Shown piece by piece: positions 29,549 through 32,000 of a stretch of DNA of 32,000 bases. The position numbers and the translations under genes were made by a program. Source of the DNA: Longivirga aurantiaca (GTDB lineage Bacteria; Actinomycetota; Actinomycetes; S36-B12; CAIYMF01); the NCBI RefSeq assembly GCF_042660085.1, contig NZ_JBHSTI010000008.1, forward strand, positions 1,599,876 through 1,631,875, in the 5' to 3' direction. The first letter of the stretch is position 1, and every line of letters begins with the position of its first letter. Below the pieces are notes generated by a model, which did no database searches, was not told where the DNA came from, and worked only from the letters and a program-made list of their open reading frames with translations.

Positions 29549-29554
29549 ACCCTA
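29549..29554 (-). promoter_or_regulatory. -10 box TAGGGT, 6 nt upstream of the DUF3090 GTG (leaderless candidate)
   Basis: The minus strand reads gggaTAGGGTcgcgatGTG. Confidence 0.45.
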
Positions 29555-29578
29555 TCCCGGTGCCGCGACGGCTGCCCT

Positions 29579-30304
29579 TCAGTGCGGCGCGGCGCCTGCT
29601 CCCCCACCGACCACGGCGTCCGAGCTGGTGGCGCGACGACGGCGTCCGGGCTTCTGCTTCGGCGGCACCAGACCCGCGACGTCGCCGCCGGTGTCGTTCT
29701 GCCGCAGCACGAACGGTCGGAGATCGGTGTAGCGGATCGCGGTGACCGAGCAGGGATCGATCGTGATGCGCTGGAAGGCGTCGAGGTGCATCCCGAGGGC
29801 GTCGGCGACGATCGCCTTGATGACGTCGCCGTGCGAGACGACGGCGAACGTCACGTCGGGGCCGTGCTCGGCGGAGAGCCGGGCGTTCCAGTCGCGGACC
29901 GCCGCCACCGCACGGGCCGACATGTCCGCGAGGCCCTCGCCCGCATCGCCCGGGAACACCGCGGCGCTGGGGTGGCTCTGCACGACCTTCCAGAGCGGCT
30001 CCTTCACCAGGGTCTTGAGCTCGCGGTTGGTCCAGTCGCCGTAGCGGCACTCCCCGACGCGGTCCTCGACGTGCAGGGCAGGCACCGGGTCCCGCCCGGC
30101 GAGCAGGTGCTCCGCGGTCTCGCGGGTGCGCTCGAGCGGGCTGGTGACCACGGCCGCGAGGGGCACCGGCAGGAGCCGCGCACCGACCGCCTCGGCCTGC
30201 CCGCGCCCCACCTCGTCGAGGTGGATGCCGGGGGTCCAGCCCGCGAGCACGCCGCCCGCGTTCGCCGGGGTCCTGCCGTGCCGCACGAGGATCACCGTCG
30301 CCAT
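29579..30304 (-). CDS. Histidine-phosphatase superfamily protein (phosphoglycerate-mutase-like; MSMEG_4193/Rv2135c type)
   Basis: 241 aa. The RHG signature sits at the N-terminus (ILVRHGRTPAN). Also present are SPLERTRETA and a later VVSHGDVIK motif. Confidence 0.85.
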   Translation of the reverse strand: MATVILVRHGRTPANAGGVLAGWTPGIHLDEVGRGQAEAVGARLLPVPLAAVVTSPLERTRETAEHLLAGRDPVPALHVEDRVGECRYGDWTNRELKTLVKEPLWKVVQSHPSAAVFPGDAGEGLADMSARAVAAVRDWNARLSAEHGPDVTFAVVSHGDVIKAIVADALGMHLDAFQRITIDPCSVTAIRYTDLRPFVLRQNDTGGDVAGLVPPKQKPGRRRRATSSDAVVGGGAGAAPH

Positions 30305-30310
30305 GCGCCG

Positions 30311-30316
30311 ACCCTA
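30311..30316 (-). promoter_or_regulatory. -10 box TAGGGT, 6 nt upstream of the histidine-phosphatase ATG (leaderless candidate)
   Basis: The minus strand reads ccccgTAGGGTcggcgcATG. Confidence 0.45.
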
Positions 30317-30340
30317 CGGGGCACGGGGCCGGGAGGCTGT

Positions 30341-30346
30341 CACGAT
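30341..30346 (+). promoter_or_regulatory. Weak -10-like CACGAT with an upstream TGn, 6 nt before the corA GTG (leaderless candidate)
   Basis: cTGtCACGATgggggcGTG. The first T of the TANNNT pattern is missing. Confidence 0.25.
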
Positions 30347-30352
30347 GGGGGC

Positions 30353-31375
30353 GTGATCCGAGGTGTAGGGCTCTACTGCGACGGCACGGTGCGACCCGAC
30401 GGCGTGGTGCCGATTGAGGTCGGCACGACCTTCGACGACGACGACGCACGCGTTCTCGCGTCGCTCTGGCTCGAGGCCAAGGAGGCCGGCCCGGACAGCT
30501 TCGTGTGGCTCGGCCTGCGCAACGTCGAGCACGCCGAGCTCACCCGTGCCGCAGACGTGCTCGGCCTCGACGAGCTCCTCGTCGAGGACGCGCTGTCGGT
30601 CACCCAGCGCGCCAAGGTCGAGGTCGACGGCGACCGCGTGACGGCTGTGTTCAAGATCCTCGGGTACGTCGAGGAGACCTCCGACGTCGAGACCGGGCAG
30701 ATCGCGGTCTTCGTCGGCCCGTCGTTCGTGCTGTCGGTGCGCATGGGCGAGCCGGGCGACCTGCGCGACATGCGCTCGAGGCTCGAGGGCGACTTCGAGC
30801 TGCTGCAGGCCGGTCCGCTGGCCGTGCTGCACGGCATCCTCGACGTCGTCGTCGACGGCTACATCTCCGTGGCCGAGGAGCTCGGCGTCGACATCGAGCA
30901 GATCGAGGAGCAGGTCTTCTCGCCCGAGCGCACCGACGATGCCGCGACGATCTACAAGCTCAAGCGCGAGAACCTCGAGCTGCGGCGGGCGGTTGAGCCG
31001 CTCACCCCGGTGGCCGACGCGCTCGTCCGGGGGCGCCTCATCCCCATCCCCGAGGTGCTCGGGCCGTACTACCGCGACCTCGGCGACCACCTGCTGCGCG
31101 CGGCCGACCTCTCCACGCAGCACGACAACCTGCTCGGCGCGGCGCTCGAGGCCTCCCGCTCGCGGCAGGCCGTCCAGCAGAACGAGGACATGCGCAAGAT
31201 CTCCGCGTGGGTCGCGATCGCCGCCATCCCGACGGCGATCGCCGCGATCTACGGCATGAACTTCGACGACATGCCCGAGCTGCGCTGGGATCTCGGCTAT
31301 CCCGCCGTGATGATCGTGATCTTCAGCGGGATGTTCGCCCTCTACCGCGCCTTCAAGCGCAGCGGCTGGCTCTGA
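30353..31375 (+). CDS. corA: CorA-family Mg2+/Co2+ transporter
   Basis: About 340 aa from the only in-frame start (GTG at 30353). It has the YGMNF (GMN) motif followed by two C-terminal TM helices. Confidence 0.9.
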   Translation: MIRGVGLYCDGTVRPDGVVPIEVGTTFDDDDARVLASLWLEAKEAGPDSFVWLGLRNVEHAELTRAADVLGLDELLVEDALSVTQRAKVEVDGDRVTAVFKILGYVEETSDVETGQIAVFVGPSFVLSVRMGEPGDLRDMRSRLEGDFELLQAGPLAVLHGILDVVVDGYISVAEELGVDIEQIEEQVFSPERTDDAATIYKLKRENLELRRAVEPLTPVADALVRGRLIPIPEVLGPYYRDLGDHLLRAADLSTQHDNLLGAALEASRSRQAVQQNEDMRKISAWVAIAAIPTAIAAIYGMNFDDMPELRWDLGYPAVMIVIFSGMFALYRAFKRSGWL

Positions 31376-31382
31376 CCGCATC

Positions 31383-32000
31383 TCACGTGGCGGTGACCGT
31401 CCCGGTAACGAGCAGCAGCATGATGGCCAAGCCGAGCACGATGCGGTAGATCACGAACGGTCGGTACGAGTGCGTGGTGATGTAGCGCAGCAGCCACGCG
31501 ATCACGGCGTACCCCACGACGAAGGCGATGCCCGTGGCCACGAGGGTCGGGCCCCAGGCGACCTCGCCGCCCTCACCGATCTTCCGTGCCTCGAACAGGC
31601 CCGACGCGAGCACCGCCGGGATCGCGAGCAGGAAGGCATAGCGCGTGGCCGCCTCGCGGGTGAACCCGAGGAAGAGCCCGGCCGAGATCGTGGCACCCGA
31701 GCGCGAGACGCCGGGGATCAGCGCCAGCGCCTGGCCCACACCGAACAGGATCCCCGAACGGACGTCGAGATCGGAGATCTCCCGCGTCTTGCGTCCGTAG
31801 CGGTCAGCGACCCCGAGGATGATGCCGAACACCACGAGCACGACGGAGACGAGCCAGAGGTTGCGGGCCGCTCCCGAGATGACGTCGCGGAGCAGGAAGC
31901 CGATGAGCGCGATCGGGATGGTCCCCACGATCACGTACCAGCCCATGCGGGCGTCGACGTGCCCCCGAAGCTCCGGACGGACGAGGGAGCGAGCCCAGGT
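31383..32000 (-). CDS. uppP: Undecaprenyl-diphosphate phosphatase UppP/BacA; the C-terminal ~205 aa are in the window and the N-terminus lies beyond the right edge
   Basis: It is polytopic, with the PGVSRSGATI motif. The reading frame stays open to position 32000. Confidence 0.9.
   Translation of the reverse strand, partial: TWARSLVRPELRGHVDARMGWYVIVGTIPIALIGFLLRDVISGAARNLWLVSVVLVVFGIILGVADRYGRKTREISDLDVRSGILFGVGQALALIPGVSRSGATISAGLFLGFTREAATRYAFLLAIPAVLASGLFEARKIGEGGEVAWGPTLVATGIAFVVGYAVIAWLLRYITTHSYRPFVIYRIVLGLAIMLLLVTGTVTAT

Overview
This is a very GC-rich (above 70% by eye) stretch of actinobacterial chromosome backbone. I call 31 CDS, two of them cut by the window edges, and only about 1.8 kb (about 6%) is non-coding. 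I saw no rRNA, tRNA, CRISPR array, IS or transposase, integrase or phage genes, and no compositional island.

Gene order:
- tatC' and tatA
- a small Zn-ribbon ORF
- pafC and pafB
- a cytosolic FKBP, a lipoprotein and a lipoprotein FKBP
- pafA, prcA, prcB, pup, dop and arc/mpa, which together form the complete Pup-proteasome system
- trmI, a DUF1801 protein, an M50/CBS site-2 protease and a Cas4-like PD-(D/E)XK nuclease
- a MacB/FtsX-type ABC pair
- a HAD hydrolase and metH
- a PAC2-family protein
- pgi, divergent from a short 6-phosphogluconate dehydrogenase
- mshC, then a SCO1664-type kinase-like protein, a DUF3090 protein and a histidine phosphatase
- corA and uppP'

From memory, this order mirrors a compressed version of M. 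tuberculosis Rv2093c to Rv2136c.

I do not see a mobile or defence-type novel system. The parts least explained by known biology are:
1. The kinase-like/DUF3090/phosphatase trio beside mshC, which has no assigned pathway.
2. An uncharacterised 4-Cys ORF wedged between pafC and tatA.
3. A regular promoter grammar. TANNNT boxes, mostly TAGGGT(CG), sit 6-9 nt from start codons, which implies many leaderless mRNAs. The pup and arc promoters also share a 17-nt element.

Many long Arg/Pro/Gly-rich ORFs in the six-frame track are off-frame or antisense artefacts of the high GC content, and I rejected them.
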